Below, one piece after another: positions 37,392 to 50,145 of a stretch of 64,000 bases of DNA. The stretch comes from Chiloscyllium plagiosum (lineage: Eukaryota), in NCBI RefSeq assembly GCF_004010195.1, contig NC_057710.1, positions 137,918,000-137,981,999 of the forward strand, in the 5' to 3' direction. The number at the start of each line of letters is the position of its first letter. Within the stretch, counting starts at the first letter, position 1. A program made the translations under genes and the position numbers. Below the pieces are notes generated by a model. The model searched no databases, was not told where the DNA came from, and worked only from the letters and a program-made list of their open reading frames with translations.

Positions 37392-37959
37392 AGTCAGAGA
37401 TTAGGATCAGAATTTTGATAACATTTGTAAAATATTCAAGCAAAGTGCAAACTTTACTGAAAAAGAGCAATAACTAAATTAGCTCACAAAAGTATATTTT
37501 CCATTGATATAGGTTTACATATTTATTTTTAGATTTCAGAACATTTGAAAAAAATACAAACTGACTTTTTTTCTGACTCTTTTCCTGTCGAGGGTTAGGG
37601 TATAGTTATAGGGTATAGTTATAAATTAATTTTAATCAACATGTTCAGTCATGTCACAACACATCTTTGGAGCAGGTGGGACTTGAACCCCAGAAGTAGA
37701 GACACTGTCACTGTGCCACTAAATATGATAAGAAATAGCTAGGTTCTGTGAAGTAATCATATGATTCTGGAATTCTATAATCAAAGCTATTCAATTATAT
37801 AGGGTCGCTTCAATCAACATGCATAAATGGGGAGCAAGAACCCAAGATAACTTCTTCATTCCTAACAACCAATTACACTGAACAATGTAACACCCCAATT
37901 GAGGTCAACAAACAACACAAATTGGGGACAGCAGCTACTTGTTGATTTGTTAAGTATAA

Positions 37960-39010
37960 CTACTACAATGGTTCCACGGTATTAGGGGCAAGATACTGGC
38001 ATAGATAGAGACTGACCGACTAGCAGAAGACAGTAGGAATATAAAGGGGTCTCTTTCAGGATGGCAGCTGGTGACCAGGAGTTTCACAGGGATCTGTGTT
38101 GGGACAACAACTGTTCAGGTAATACATTAAATGATCTGGACAAAGGAACTGAGGGCATTGCTTTTAAGCTTGCAGATGACACAAAGGTTGAGGGACAGGT
38201 AATATTGAGGAAGCAGAGTGGTTGGAAAAAGACTTCGACAGACTGGGAGAATGGGAAAAGAAGAGGCAGATGGAATACAATGCACTTTTGAGGTGTGAAT
38301 AATTGTCTAAATGGGGAAGGATTTCAGAAATCTGAACCAGGAAGGGACTTGGGAGTCCTGGATCAGGATTCTTAAGATTAACATGCAAGTTCAGTTGGGA
38401 AGGCAAATTCAATGTTAGCATTCATTTCAAGAGGGCTAGAATACAAGATCAGGGACTTACTGCTGAGGCTCGAAAATGCATTGGTCAGCCCACATTTGAA
38501 ATAATGAGAGCAGTTCTGGGCCCCACATCTAAGCAAGACTATACTGGTCTTGGAGGGGACCAGAAATGGTTTACATGTTCGATCTCAAGGCTGAAGGGCT
38601 TGTCATATGAGGAGCAGTTCAGGACTCTGGGTCTGTTTAGGAGAATCGGGGAGATCTCATTGAAAAAAAACTTACAGAACACAGGGGTCTGGACAGAGAG
38701 AATATGGAAAAGTTTCAATTAGTAGGAGAGACTAGGACCTGAAGGCACAGCCTCAGAACGAAGAGATGATCCTTTAAAATCGAGACAAGGAGGATTTTTT
38801 TCAGCTGGAGGGTAGTTAATCTGTGGTTAATAGTTAATCATTGCCACAGAGACCTTTGGAGGTCAACTCTGAGTGTACTTTAGATAGGTTCTTGATTGGT
38901 AAGGGGATCAAGGGTTACAGGGAGAAGGCAGGAGAGGGGATTTAGAAACATGTCAAATGACAGATTCAATTAGCCGAATGACCTAATTCTGGTTCTATAT
39001 CTTACAGTCT
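37960..39010 (+). mobile_element. Decayed CR1 LINE 3' fragment (different subfamily)
   Basis: LNDLDKGTEGIAFKLADDTK and CR1-like 3' sequence. Confidence 0.75.
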
Positions 39011-39087
39011 TATAATAAACAAGAAAAGGAAAAAAAAAGAGTTAAGAGTTAAAACAGTTCAAACTAGTATTAGGACTTACCTGCAAA

Positions 39088-39187
39088 TCATCCCAGTAGT
39101 GATACAAACATCACAACACCCATAAATTGAGTGAAAAGGATAAAAGGAGTAAAGAAAGACCACACAGGCCACAGAGCGATGTTAAAG
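39088..39187 (-). CDS. TMEM128: TMEM128 last coding exon ([33 protein letters not shown])
   Basis: Acceptor ttttacag|C; TGA at 39090-39088; conserved C-terminus FTQFMGVVM. Total CDS 507 nt = 168 aa + stop. Confidence 0.96.
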
Positions 39188-39861
39188 CTGTAAAAAGAAA
39201 GCTTACAATCAGAAGATCATTTAATGGGCACTCAGTGCTTCGGCATTTCAAATGTAATAAACCAGTCATGTTCCAGGCTTTGAAATATCAATATATGTAC
39301 AATATGGTACATAATGACAAGGTAGTGTTAATTGCAACATTGTAGAAAAGACCTTGGTCAAATTCATGCAAATGCTATATTCATATAACAAGTATTTCTG
39401 AACTGTTGTCAATTTCCATTTGTGTATAAAGCAGTAATAAAAAACTGGCAATGAATGAACTATAAAAACAGTTATACAATGAGGATTTCAAATGAGTTTT
39501 GCTAACTTTATGGCACCTTCAGACATTTTTGACTGTTTTATTAACATAACCCAGTATTTGATGTATATAACTACCGGATGCACAGAAAATAAAATAGATT
39601 TGCATTTTAATTATTGAGCCACAATGCCATCTAAGGCTTTCCATTTAGACTCAAATAATATGATGGAAAAGCCATTCCAGCAAATAGTCCTTCAATCATT
39701 TATCCATGAACAGGATTACAAAGAAATTTGCTTTGATTCATTACAAGGCCCATCACCAAATAATACATAAATAAAACTAATTCAAACTTCACTTTCTAGA
39801 AGTATCTGAATAGTTTTCATAGGAAAATAGAATGTACAACCATGGGTGATCATGCACTCCT

Positions 39862-40753
39862 GATGCGAGCATAAGAGGTACAGTTAGTAAGTTTGCAGAT
39901 GACACCAAAATTGGAGGTGTAGTGGACAGCGAAGAGGGATACCTCAGATTACAACACGATCTTGACCAGATGGGCCAATGGGCTGAGAAGTGGCAGATGG
40001 AGTTTAATTCAGATAAATACGAGGTGCTGCATTTTGGGAAATCAAATCTTAGCAGGACTTATACACTTAATGGTAAGTTCTCAGGAGTGTTGCTGAAGAA
40101 AGAGACCTTGGAGTGCAGGTTCATAGCTCCTTGAAAGTGGAGTCGCAGGTAGATAGAATAGTGAAGGCGGCATTCGGTATGCTTTCCTTTATTGGTCAGA
40201 GTATTGAGTACAGGACATTGGTTAGGCCACTGTTGGAATATTACATGCAACTCTTGTCTCCTTCCTATCAGAAAGATGTTGTGAAACTTGAAAGGGTTCA
40301 GAAAAGATTTACAAAGATGTTGAGCTATCGGGAGAGGCTGAACAGGCTGGGGCTGTTTTCCCTGGAGCGTCGGAGGCTGAGGGGTGACCTTATAGAGGTT
40401 TACAAAATTATGAGGGGCATGGATAGGGTAAATAAACAAAATCCTTTCCCTGGGGTCGGGGAGTCTAGAACTAGAGGGCATGGGTTTAGGATGAGAGGGG
40501 AAGATATAAAAGAGACCTAAGGAGCAACTTTTTCACATACAGGGTGGTATGTGTATGGAATGAGCTGCCAGAAGAAGAGGAGGAGGCTGGTACAATTACA
40601 ACATTTAAGAGGCATTTGGATGGGTATACGAATAGGAAGGGTTTGGATAGATATGGGCCGGGTGCTGGCAGGTGGGACTAGATTGGGTTGGGATATCTAG
40701 TCGGCATGGACGGGTTGGGCCAAAGGGTCTGTTTCCATGCAGTACATCTCTGT
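39862..40753 (+). mobile_element. CR1 LINE 3' fragment, same subfamily as 14004-15226
   Basis: Near-identical to about 14306-15210. Confidence 0.9.
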
Positions 40754-41963
40754 CTTTTTCCCCATATTATTTCCTCTAACTCCTTACACCATTACTATTT
40801 AGAAATCTGTCTATGTCTACTTGAAGCATATTCTTAGCCTTCTGGGATAAAGAATTCCATTGATATACCACCTTCTGATTATAAAAAGATTTCTCTTCAA
40901 CTCAGTATCAAGTGGCTTTCACCAAATCTTTAAATTGTACACCCTGGTTCTAGACTCTCCATTCAGTGGAAACATCTTAGCTGATCGACTCTGCCTACTT
41001 TTCAAGTCTTCTGTAGATTTCAATGAGATTACGTAATTTTTCAAAACTTGAAAGAATACAGGCCCAGTTTCACTCATCTCCCTTCATCGGACAGTCCTAC
41101 CATCCACAGAACAAGTCAAGTGAATTTTCATTGCACTCCCTCAATAACAATAATATCCCTCCCAAATATAAAATATAAATTAAAAACCTAAGAACAAAAG
41201 TATGCAATACACTAGCTATGATCTAACCACGTTCCTATACAACTGATGCAAAACTTTGCCAGTCTTGCTCTCAAATCCTTGTGATAAAAGATTAACATAG
41301 TAACAGCCTTCCTGATGGCTTGTTAATTAATTTTAATTCAAGTAACAAATGAATCAAGTAATTGATTTTCATTTCAAAATTGACTAAGGGCCTACTGCCA
41401 AAGATTCAAACCTCTGACAAAGTAGTTATTTTTAAGGATGTAGGAATCAATACATTTGAGTTCCATGGTCGAGGACTGACAAACATTTTGAGCATTGCTA
41501 GTTAACAACAATGCATATACTGCTCAGCATGCAGCATGACTTATTTGCAAATGTCTTTTAATAGAAAATGGAAAGAAATGCTCAGATAGAATAAAACAAA
41601 TTTTTGACAGGAAAACATACTCACTAATGCAATGTACCAATGCAATCTGCAAATCAATGAACCACATGGTACTCTGCCACATTTAGGCAGGGTTCACGTA
41701 ATGGATAGAGACTTGAATGAACTTTCTGATGTCAAAATGGCTGACGTCACCTGACAAAGTAGCAACGCTCTGAACGCTTGTGATTTCAAGCAAATCTGTC
41801 GAACTGTAACCTGGTGTCATGTGACTTCAGACTTTGCCCACCCCAATCCAACATTGGCACCTCCACATCACAGATACTTCAGTACAGTAGATTAACTGCT
41901 GCAATGCTAATGCCATTCATATACAATAGTAAACTCGGGCTTCTTCAAGCAGAAGTAAAAGAT

Positions 41964-42232
41964 CAGTGGCTAGCACTGTTGCTTCACAGCGCCAGGGACC
42001 CAGGTTCGATTTCAGCCTGTTTGTATGGAGTTTGCACGTTCGCCCCATGTCTGTGTGGGTTTCCTCCCACAGTCCAAAGATGTGCAAGTTAGGTGGATTG
42101 GCCATGCTGAATTGCTCAGAGTGTTAGGTGCATTAATCGGAGGGAAATGGGTCTGCGTGGGTTAAACTTTGGAGGGTCGGTGTGGACTTGTTGGGCCAAA
42201 TGGCCTGTTTCCACACTGTAGCGAATCTAACC
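41964..42232 (+). mobile_element. HE1/V-SINE-type SINE copy
   Basis: Homologous to 46161-46500. Further partial copies at about 1697-1753, 4103-4233, 5285-5490, 30885-30935 and 33650-33940. Confidence 0.8.
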
Positions 42233-43163
42233 TATGCTAGTATTTGATGAAAATAAACACTACTTCCATTGACTGCTTCATATTCACTAGCCCTACCAGT
42301 ATTGACACCAAAATCAATTAACTGGCCATTCATGTTTGTGGAATCCTGCTGTGGTCATGTGCTTGCCTTCACAATCATGATGCTCTTTAAAATCAGCTCA
42401 GAAAAGAGTGAGGTGATAACATTATCCATTCGTTCTTCATACAAAAATGTATGTTACATGATACAATTTTAAAGGTGGTGCAAGAAGAGATAATTAGAGA
42501 TACTGTACACAAATCTTTGAAAAGTGACAGAATAGGTAAAGGAGTTGGTAAATCACTAAGTATATACATGATTATATAAAAAAAATTCTAAACAACACAC
42601 CACTTGAGCAGGGGGACCCTGAATACAGGCCTCCTGGTTCAGAAGTAAGTCATTCATGATTATAGATATTTTCTAACCAACCTGTTCAGAGATACCACTA
42701 CACACCTCTGGAGTAGATGGGACTTGAAACCAGGCCTCCTGGCTCAGATGTAGGGACACTACCATTGTGTCACACGAGCGCCTCATTCATGATTTTTATG
42801 CAGGCAGAAGATTGCACACAACAAGATCCCACTAACAGCAAATGGAACAAATAGCCAAAAAATCTTTTTTATGTTACTGCTTGGTGGGTGTAGGGCACAG
42901 GAGAATAGGAAAACTCTGTTTTTCGTCAAATACTGGTACAGGTTCTCTTATTTCTTCCTGCACAAGGCTCAGTTTAATATTGCCCCTGAATGACATCGAC
43001 AGTGCAGCACTGCCTCACTGAAATGTCTGCCAAGATCAATTGTTTCAGTTCTGCAGAGAAGTATCATCTCCAGCTAAAATAACAGTTAAAGACAAATATT
43101 AAATAAGTAACATACATAGGGCTAATATTACATTTGCTTGCAAATAGTCATTAATATATTTAA

Positions 43164-43446
43164 GGAGAAAGTGAGGACTGCAGATGCTGGAGATCAGAGC
43201 TGAAAATGTGTTGCTGGAAAAGCGCAGGTCAGGCAGCATCCAGGGAACAGGAGAATCGACGTTTCGGGCATAAGCCCTTCTTCAGGAATGAGGAAAGTTT
43301 GTCCAGCAGACTAAGATAAAAGGTAGGGAGGAGGGACTTGGGGGAGGGGTGTCGGAAATGCGATAGGTGGAAAGAGGTCAAGGTGAGGGTGATAGGTCAG
43401 ACTGGGGTGGGGGCAGAGAGGTCAGGAAGAAGATTCGATAGGATCA
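43164..43446 (-). mobile_element. 5'-truncated PLE terminus (family A) with an intact hammerhead core, 14-bp TSD
   Basis: Same terminus as 49550-49700; attaatayatttaa at 43150-43163 and 43447-43460. Confidence 0.85.
43254..43289 (-). ncRNA. Minimal type I hammerhead ribozyme motif
   Basis: Minus strand reads attc-CUGAAGA-a-GGGC-uuau-GCCC-GAAAC-GUC-gauu: full catalytic core, perfect 4-bp stem II, palindromic ACGU stem III, GUC cleavage triplet. Confidence 0.75.
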
Positions 43447-43649
43447 ATTAATACATTTAACCCTCTTATCAAGACTAAAGCACCTAAATTCCATGGCATT
43501 ATTTCCCAATATCGGTTTGAACATCATGTTTCAGATTTATGTTTAGTACAACAGATTGGAACAACTCTGTTCAGTAATACAGAATTTTATTGCAAGCAGA
43601 AACAAGTTAAAAATCAAACTGATATTTGCCAATGACTTCAAAAACTTAC

Positions 43650-43811
43650 CATACTGCTGCAGCAATGAAAGATGCTGTAGCTGAAGGAACCAGGGTTGGG
43701 TTATATTGCTCATATTGTCTGATCCCTCTGTACCACTCCAGGTAGAAGATGCAATAGAAGGCAATCAGTAAGCTAATTATCAAGAGTGAGGATCCTAAAA
43801 GGAACCATCGA
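43650..43811 (-). CDS. TMEM128: TMEM128 coding exon 3 ([30 protein letters not shown]...[10 protein letters not shown])
   Basis: Acceptor atcag|T, donor ATG|gtaagt; 162 nt; IAFYCIxYLEWY motif. Confidence 0.95.
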
Positions 43812-44199
43812 CTGATTTAGAGAGAGAGAAAAAAAGAATTACTGACAAGAAGCAGACATGAGTAAATGCCTTTTAAATAAAAACAAAAAAAAAATGCTGC
43901 AGAAACCCAACAGATCTGGCAGCATCTGTGGTGACAGAAACAGAATTAAATTTTGAGTGAAATGACTGGGAACTGGAATATGATAGATTTTACTGTCTTG
44001 CCAAAGGGGGAGGAAGAGCAAGTGGAACAAATTAGGTGAGAAGTTGTGGAAGGAAGGTTTCCAGAGGAGATGAGGTCAGTGACAGTCCTAGAAACACTAG
44101 CTTGACGTTCAGTGATATAGCATTGTTGGAGAGACATACGGAAGGAGGAAGAGGAAGAAGGAAGATGAGAAGAGGAAGGCGGCGGCTTATGTTAGGATG

Positions 44200-46098
44200 A
44201 GAAGTGAAGGCTCAGCTAGGGTGATTGAGAGTCACAAGGTAGCCAGGAAAGATCTAAAAAAGAGGACTAAGACGAGCGAGGAGGGGATACGAGAGGTTGT
44301 TGGCGGGTAGGATCAAGGAAAATCCTAAAGCTTTCTATAGGCATATAAAGGATAAAAGAACCCTACAATAAGATTAGGGCCAATCAAGGACAACAGTGGG
44401 AAGTTTTGTGTGGAGTCAGAAGAGATGGGGAGGTGCAAATGAATATTTTTAGTCAGTATTCACACTGGAAAAAGACAATGTTGTCAAGTACCATACTGAG
44501 AAACAGGCTACTAGATAGATAGGATTGAGGTTCACAAGGAGGAGGTGTTAGAAATTCTGCAAAGTTTGAAAACAGATAAATCCCTTGGGCTGGATGGGCT
44601 TTATCCGAAGAATCTCTGGGAAGCCAGGGAGAAGATTGCTGAGCCTTTGGCTTTGATATTTATGTATCATTGTCTACAGGAATAGTACCAGAAGACTGGA
44701 GGGTAGCAAATGTTGTTCCCTCGTTCAAGAAGGGAAGTAGAGACAACCCTAGTAATTACAGACCAGTGAGCCTTACTTCAGTTGTGGGTAGAGTTGGAAA
44801 AGGTTAGACAGATAGGATTTATAATCATCTTGATGGGAATAAGTTGATTAGGGATGGTTCACATAGTTTGGTGAAGGGTAGGTCATGCCTCACAAACCTT
44901 ACTGAGTTCTCTGAGGTGACCAAACAATTGGATGAGGATAAAGCCATTGATGGGGGTGAATGGTTTCAGTAAGACATTTGATGAGGTTCCCCATGGTAGG
45001 CTACTACACTAAGTACACAGGCATGGAATTGCAGGCAACTTAGTGATTTAGATCAGAAATTGGCTAGCTGAAAGATGACAGAGGGTGATGATTGATGGGA
45101 AGTGTTCATTCTGGAGTTCAGTTACTAGCGGTGTACCGAAAGGATCTGTTTTGGGTCCACTGCTGTTTGTCATTTTTATAAATGACCTGGATGAGAGCAT
45201 AGAAGGATGGGTTAGTAAATTTGCCCATGGCACTAGGGTCAGTACAGTTGTGGATAGTGCCAAAGGATGTTGTAGGTTACAGAGGGACATAGATAAGCTG
45301 CAGAGTTGGGCTGAGAGATGGCAAATGGAGTTTAATGCAGAAAAGTGTGGGGTGACTCACTTTGGAAGGAGTAACAAGAATGCAGAGTACTGGGCGAATG
45401 ATAAGATTTTTGGTAATGTAGATGAGCAGAGAGATTTCAGTGTCCATACAAAGATCCCTCAAAGTTGCCATGCAGGTTGATAGGGCTGTTAAGAAGGCAT
45501 ACGGTGTGTTAGCTTTCATTACTAGAGGGATCGAGTTTCACAACCATGAGGTCATGCTGCAGCTGTACAAAACTCTGGTGCAGCTGCACTTGGAGTATTC
45601 TGCGCAGTTCCAGTCACCCGTGTTATAGGAAGGATGTGGTAGCTTTGGAAAGGGTTCAGAGAAGATTTACTAGGGTGTTGCTTGGTATAGAGAGAAGGTC
45701 TTACAAGGAAAGGTTGAGGGTCTTAAGGCACTTTTTGTTAGACAGAAGAAAGTTGAGGGGCAACTTTATTGAGATATAAAATAATCAGAGGGTTAGAACA
45801 CATGGTCAATGACAGCAATTTTCCTAGCCATGGTGATGGCTAGCACGAAGGGACATAGCTTCAAATTGAGGGGTGATAGGTAAGGACAGATATCAGTGGT
45901 AAGTTTCTTTACTCAGAGTAGTAAGGGTGTGGAACGCACTGACTCGCCAACTTTACAGGCATTTAAAATCGTTATTGGATAGGCATACGCATGAGAATGG
46001 AGAAGTGTAGATTAGATGGGTTTCAGATTGGTTTCACAAGGCAGTGCAATGTTGAGGGACGAAGGGCCTGTCCTGCACTGTAACGTTCTATGTTCTAT
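44200..46098 (+). mobile_element. CR1 LINE ORF2 3' two-thirds, decayed
   Basis: VTSGVPKGSVLGPLLFVIFINDLD, WQMEFNAEKC; ttctatg tail. Confidence 0.88.
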
Positions 46099-46160
46099 AA
46101 CCCAAGAAAGGACACAAACACCTGATTAGTAACAGCATATGATGAATACTTATTTCACAA

Positions 46161-46500
46161 TTAGATTAGATTAGATTAGATTAGATTAGTTTAGATTAGT
46201 TACAGTGTGGAAACAGGCCCTTCGGCCCAACAAGTCCACACCGACCCGCCGAAGCGCAACCTACCCATTCCCCTACATTTACCCCTTTACTTAACACTAC
46301 GGGCAATTTAGCATGGCCAATTCACCTGACCTGCACATCTTTGGACTGTGGGAGGAAACCGGAGCACCCGGAGGAAACCCACGCAGACACGGGGAGAATG
46401 TGCAAACTCCACACAGTCAGTCGCCTGAGTCGGGAATTGAACCCGGGTCTCTGGCGCTGTGAGGCAGCAGTGCTAACCACTGTGCCACCGTGCCGCCCAC
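46161..46500 (-). mobile_element. Full-length young tRNA-derived SINE (HE1/V-SINE type) with (TCTAA)n tail
   Basis: Pol III A box TGGCACAGTGG and B box GGTTCAATTCC; V-SINE core gggtttcctccgggtgctccggtttcctcccacagtccaaagatgtg; CpGs retained. Confidence 0.9.
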
Positions 46501-47367
46501 AATTGGGATACTAAATCTAGAATTTCTATACAAGACCAACTTCTGGTCTCATCTCAATTTCACTCATAACCAGTAGTAGTTTTTCACAAATTACTGCTAA
46601 TTAAGAGCATAAAAGATATTTTTCATCTCATCAACAAGCAGCAACTAGACGTACTACATTTCATGGTCTTTGTCACTTCTGTAACGTGATGTTTTCATCT
46701 TTAAAATGTCACATAACTGGATCTCTTAAAAAAAAAGCTGAAATACTACTACTGTTGACAAAAATCACAATATGCCTTATGCAGACTTACTTAGCTGCCT
46801 TTTCTCTTCAGTAATTGAAAGGCCCAGGAAGAAAACCAGAGGAAATTACATTGCATAGTAACAATTACATTTCCCATTAAATTCACTTTTCTTTCCTTAA
46901 TTCCTTCAAAGGTTTTACATGAAGTCAACCATCAGTTTTAAGAGCCCAAGCTTCAAATGAATGTTCTTCTCCACAACAGAGTTTTCACCATGCATTCTCA
47001 GCATATGCTGTTGTAGAATTTTCTAGACTATGATCTATGCATCCACCAGTTTTGAAAGATTAGAGAATTACTCTTCTCCAAAATTGAAAATTGTTTGAAT
47101 TTTCAACATTTTTATTCTGGAAATGACAAAGTCACATAAAAGCATTAAGATCATGAGCATAAACGCATGGATGGCAGGCGCCTGCAGTACAGATGGGATC
47201 GACATGGAGCTTGCTCAACACTGTCAGAGTGTAGTAACTCCTCACCCTCCCACCAGCATTGTCCCTCCACATTGTTGGGGGCAAAAAAGCAAAAATATCT
47301 TTCATTTTCAAAGTTCAAAATATATAAGTCAGAGATAGCATAAATAAAATATATTCAGAGTATTTAC

Positions 47368-47509
47368 CCTTCTATTCGGCAATCAGTTTTAATTGTGGAA
47401 AAAAATTCAACATAATAGGTCACTGCGATTGATGCTAAAATCCAGAACACAGAGTGCATGTTAAATCTAGGAAGTGGTTTTTCTGTCTTCTTTTCCTCAT
47501 CTCGTATAT
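47368..47509 (-). CDS. TMEM128: TMEM128 coding exon 2 ([37 protein letters not shown]...)
   Basis: Acceptor gcag|AT, donor AGG|gtaaat; 142 nt; EKPLPRxNxHSxFWILAS..VTYYV signature. Confidence 0.95.
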
Positions 47510-47689
47510 CTGCTCATAAAAAAACAATATTGTTAAAACTATCAGATACTGATGAACAGCATTCACTTTGCATACAGTATAAGAGATATGCCAGCAGCTT
47601 AAACTCAACAAAACCTGATGAAGTCTAATGTGGCCTCTCTGTATCTGGAGATTGTCCTTTTGACTCCCTTATGGCACTAGTTTATCTGT

Positions 47690-49465
47690 CTTTTCTCCTG
47701 TCCTTGATTCCAGGGTTTGATGAACAATGGCAGACATTTTAAAGAAAAATTCTTATGACTCACAGCGTAAAATATCTTAGAGGATTCTAGGAAGGGGTTA
47801 AACCAACTATGGTTCACAGGGAAGTTAAGGACAATATCAAATTTAAAGAAAACCATGCAACAAGGCAACAATTAGTGGTACGTTAGGGGATTGGGAAAGT
47901 TTTAAAAGCCAAAAGATGACCAAGAAAGAGGGCGAAAACAAACTGAGGACAAACAAAAAATGGACACCAAGAATAATTCAAATATATAAAAAGGAAGAGA
48001 GAGGCAACAGTGGAATATTGGGCACTTAGAAAATGAGGGTGAGAAATAATAAATGAAATGGTAGTGGAGTTGAACAGAACATATCCACGATAAAAGGTTA
48101 CTTCTAATATTCTAAATATACTAAATAATGAAGAGCTAAAGTGGTATGTGGATATTTTGAGGGGTGGGGGAAGAGGAGGAAACAAGCACAATTACTATCA
48201 CTAGAGCTAAATAATTAGAGAAACTAATGGGGCTAAAGGCCAATATGCTCCCTAGACCTCCCAGACTGCATTCTAGGATTTTAAAGATAGTCAATGCACT
48301 GACGGTAGTCTTCCAAGAGTCCTTAGGTACTGGAAAAATCTAGAGCATTGGAAAACTGCCAATGTAACACCCATATTCAAAAAGTGAAGCAGCTGAATTA
48401 CATGTGACTATTGGCCAGTTAACCTAACATCTACTGGGAGAATGTTCTAGAGTCTATTATAAAGATGTAAGCAGAACATTTAGAACCATGTAGAGTCAGC
48501 GTGGCTTCACGAAGGGGAAATCATGCCTGACAAAGTTATTACAGTTGTTTCAGGAGGTAGCAATCAATGTAGATAAAGGGGCACCAATAAATGTAATATG
48601 TTTGGATTTGCAAAAGGCATTGCATATGGTAGTGCACTTAAGACTACTTAATAAGATTGGAGCCCATGGTGATGGGAGTAATGAATGAGGTTAATTAATC
48701 AAAGACAGGGAATTGAGGTAAAGGGAGCATTTCAGAATGATGGTCTGTAACTAGTGAAGTGCCACAGCGATCAGTGCTGAAGCCACAATTATTTATAATA
48801 ATTTACAATTAATGACTCGGATAGTAGAAGTAAAACCAAGTTTGGGAATGACAAAAATAAATAGGATGGCAAGTCTTGGGGACAACAGAGAGTTTGGCAG
48901 GAAGAACAGAAGAAATGAATATTATTTAAATTGGAAAAGACTGCAGAAAGCTGAAACACAAAAGGATTTGGGGGTTCAAGTGCATATATCACAAAAAACT
49001 AGCATTTAAGTTCAGCAATCAATATGGAAATCTAAGGAATATTAGCCTTTATTTCAAAAGGGAATGGAATACAAAACAGAGTCCTTGCTAAAACTATAAA
49101 AGTCAGACTATAGCAACTACTGTGAATGGTTCTAGTTCTTTGAACTAAGGAAAGATATACTGCCATTGGAGGCAATCTAGAGAAGGTTCACTAGGATGTT
49201 TCCAGATTTGGAGATATGTTCTTAAGAGTAGTAGCTGGGCTTATACTCATTAGAGTCTAGAAGAATGAGAGGTGATCTTACTGAAATATAAATATTCTTA
49301 GGGGGCACAACAGGGTAGATGCAGATAGAGTCTAGGACCACAGAGCATAATCTCAAGAGTAGTCATCCATTTGAGATGAGGAGGTTACTTTCTCTCAGAA
49401 GGATGTGAATGTGTGGACTTTTTATCATTGAGGGCTATTGAGGCTGAGTTGATAAATATATTCAT
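47690..49465 (+). mobile_element. Heavily decayed CR1 LINE
   Basis: Nucleotide similarity to the other CR1 copies (ggaaaatcatgcctgacaaa, aaggatttgggggttcaagtgc). Confidence 0.7.
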
Positions 49466-49549
49466 AGTCATTGAGATGCACAGCACAGAAAAAGGCCATT
49501 GACCCACTGTATCTGCACCTGTTAAAAATAACCACTTCATTAATCTTTA

Positions 49550-50145
49550 GGGAGAAAGTGAGGACTGCAGATGCTGGAGATCAGAGTTGAAGAGTGTGGT
49601 GCTGGAAAAGCACAGCCAGTCAGGTAGGTCGATGTTTCGGGCTTAAGCTTTTCATCAGGAATGAGGCTTGTGGGCCAAGGGGGGCTGAGAGATAAATGGG
49701 AAGGGGTTGGGCTGGGATGGGGAGGGGAGGTAGCTGGGAATGCAATAAGTAAATGAAGGTGGGGGGGTGAAGGTGATAGGTCAGAGAGGAGGGTGGAGCA
49801 GATATATGGGAAGGAAGATGGACAGGTAGGACCATTCAAGAGGGCGGTGCAGATTTGGGAGATTAGGACTGGGATAAGGTGGGGGGCGGGGCAATGAGGA
49901 AACTGGTGAAATCCACATCAATCCCATGTGGTCGAAGTGTCCCAAGATGGAAGATGAGTCGTTCTTCCTCCAGGCATCGGGTAGTTAGGGTTTGGCAATG
50001 GCGGGTGACCAGGACCTGCATGTCCCTGGCAGAGTGGGAGGGGGAGTTAGTGTTCAACTACAGGGCAATGGGGTTGGTTGGTGCAGATGTTGTCTGAAAT
50101 GATCCGCAAGTTGACATCCTGTCTCCCCAGTGTAGAGGAGAATCG
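49550..50145 (-). mobile_element. 3' part of a second Penelope-like family: decayed GIY-YIG C-terminus, pyrimidine-rich UTR and hammerhead-bearing terminus
   Basis: Fragments LLYTGETGCQLADHFRQHL and NSPSHS...RCLEEERLIFHLGTLRPHGIDVDF, then CTGATGAaaagcttaagcccGAAACATC and the same terminal sequence as the short repeats. Confidence 0.8.

Noticed and set aside
46430-46500. tRNA gene
   Set aside because: The A/B boxes belong to the tRNA-derived head of a SINE and continue into the SINE core and tail.
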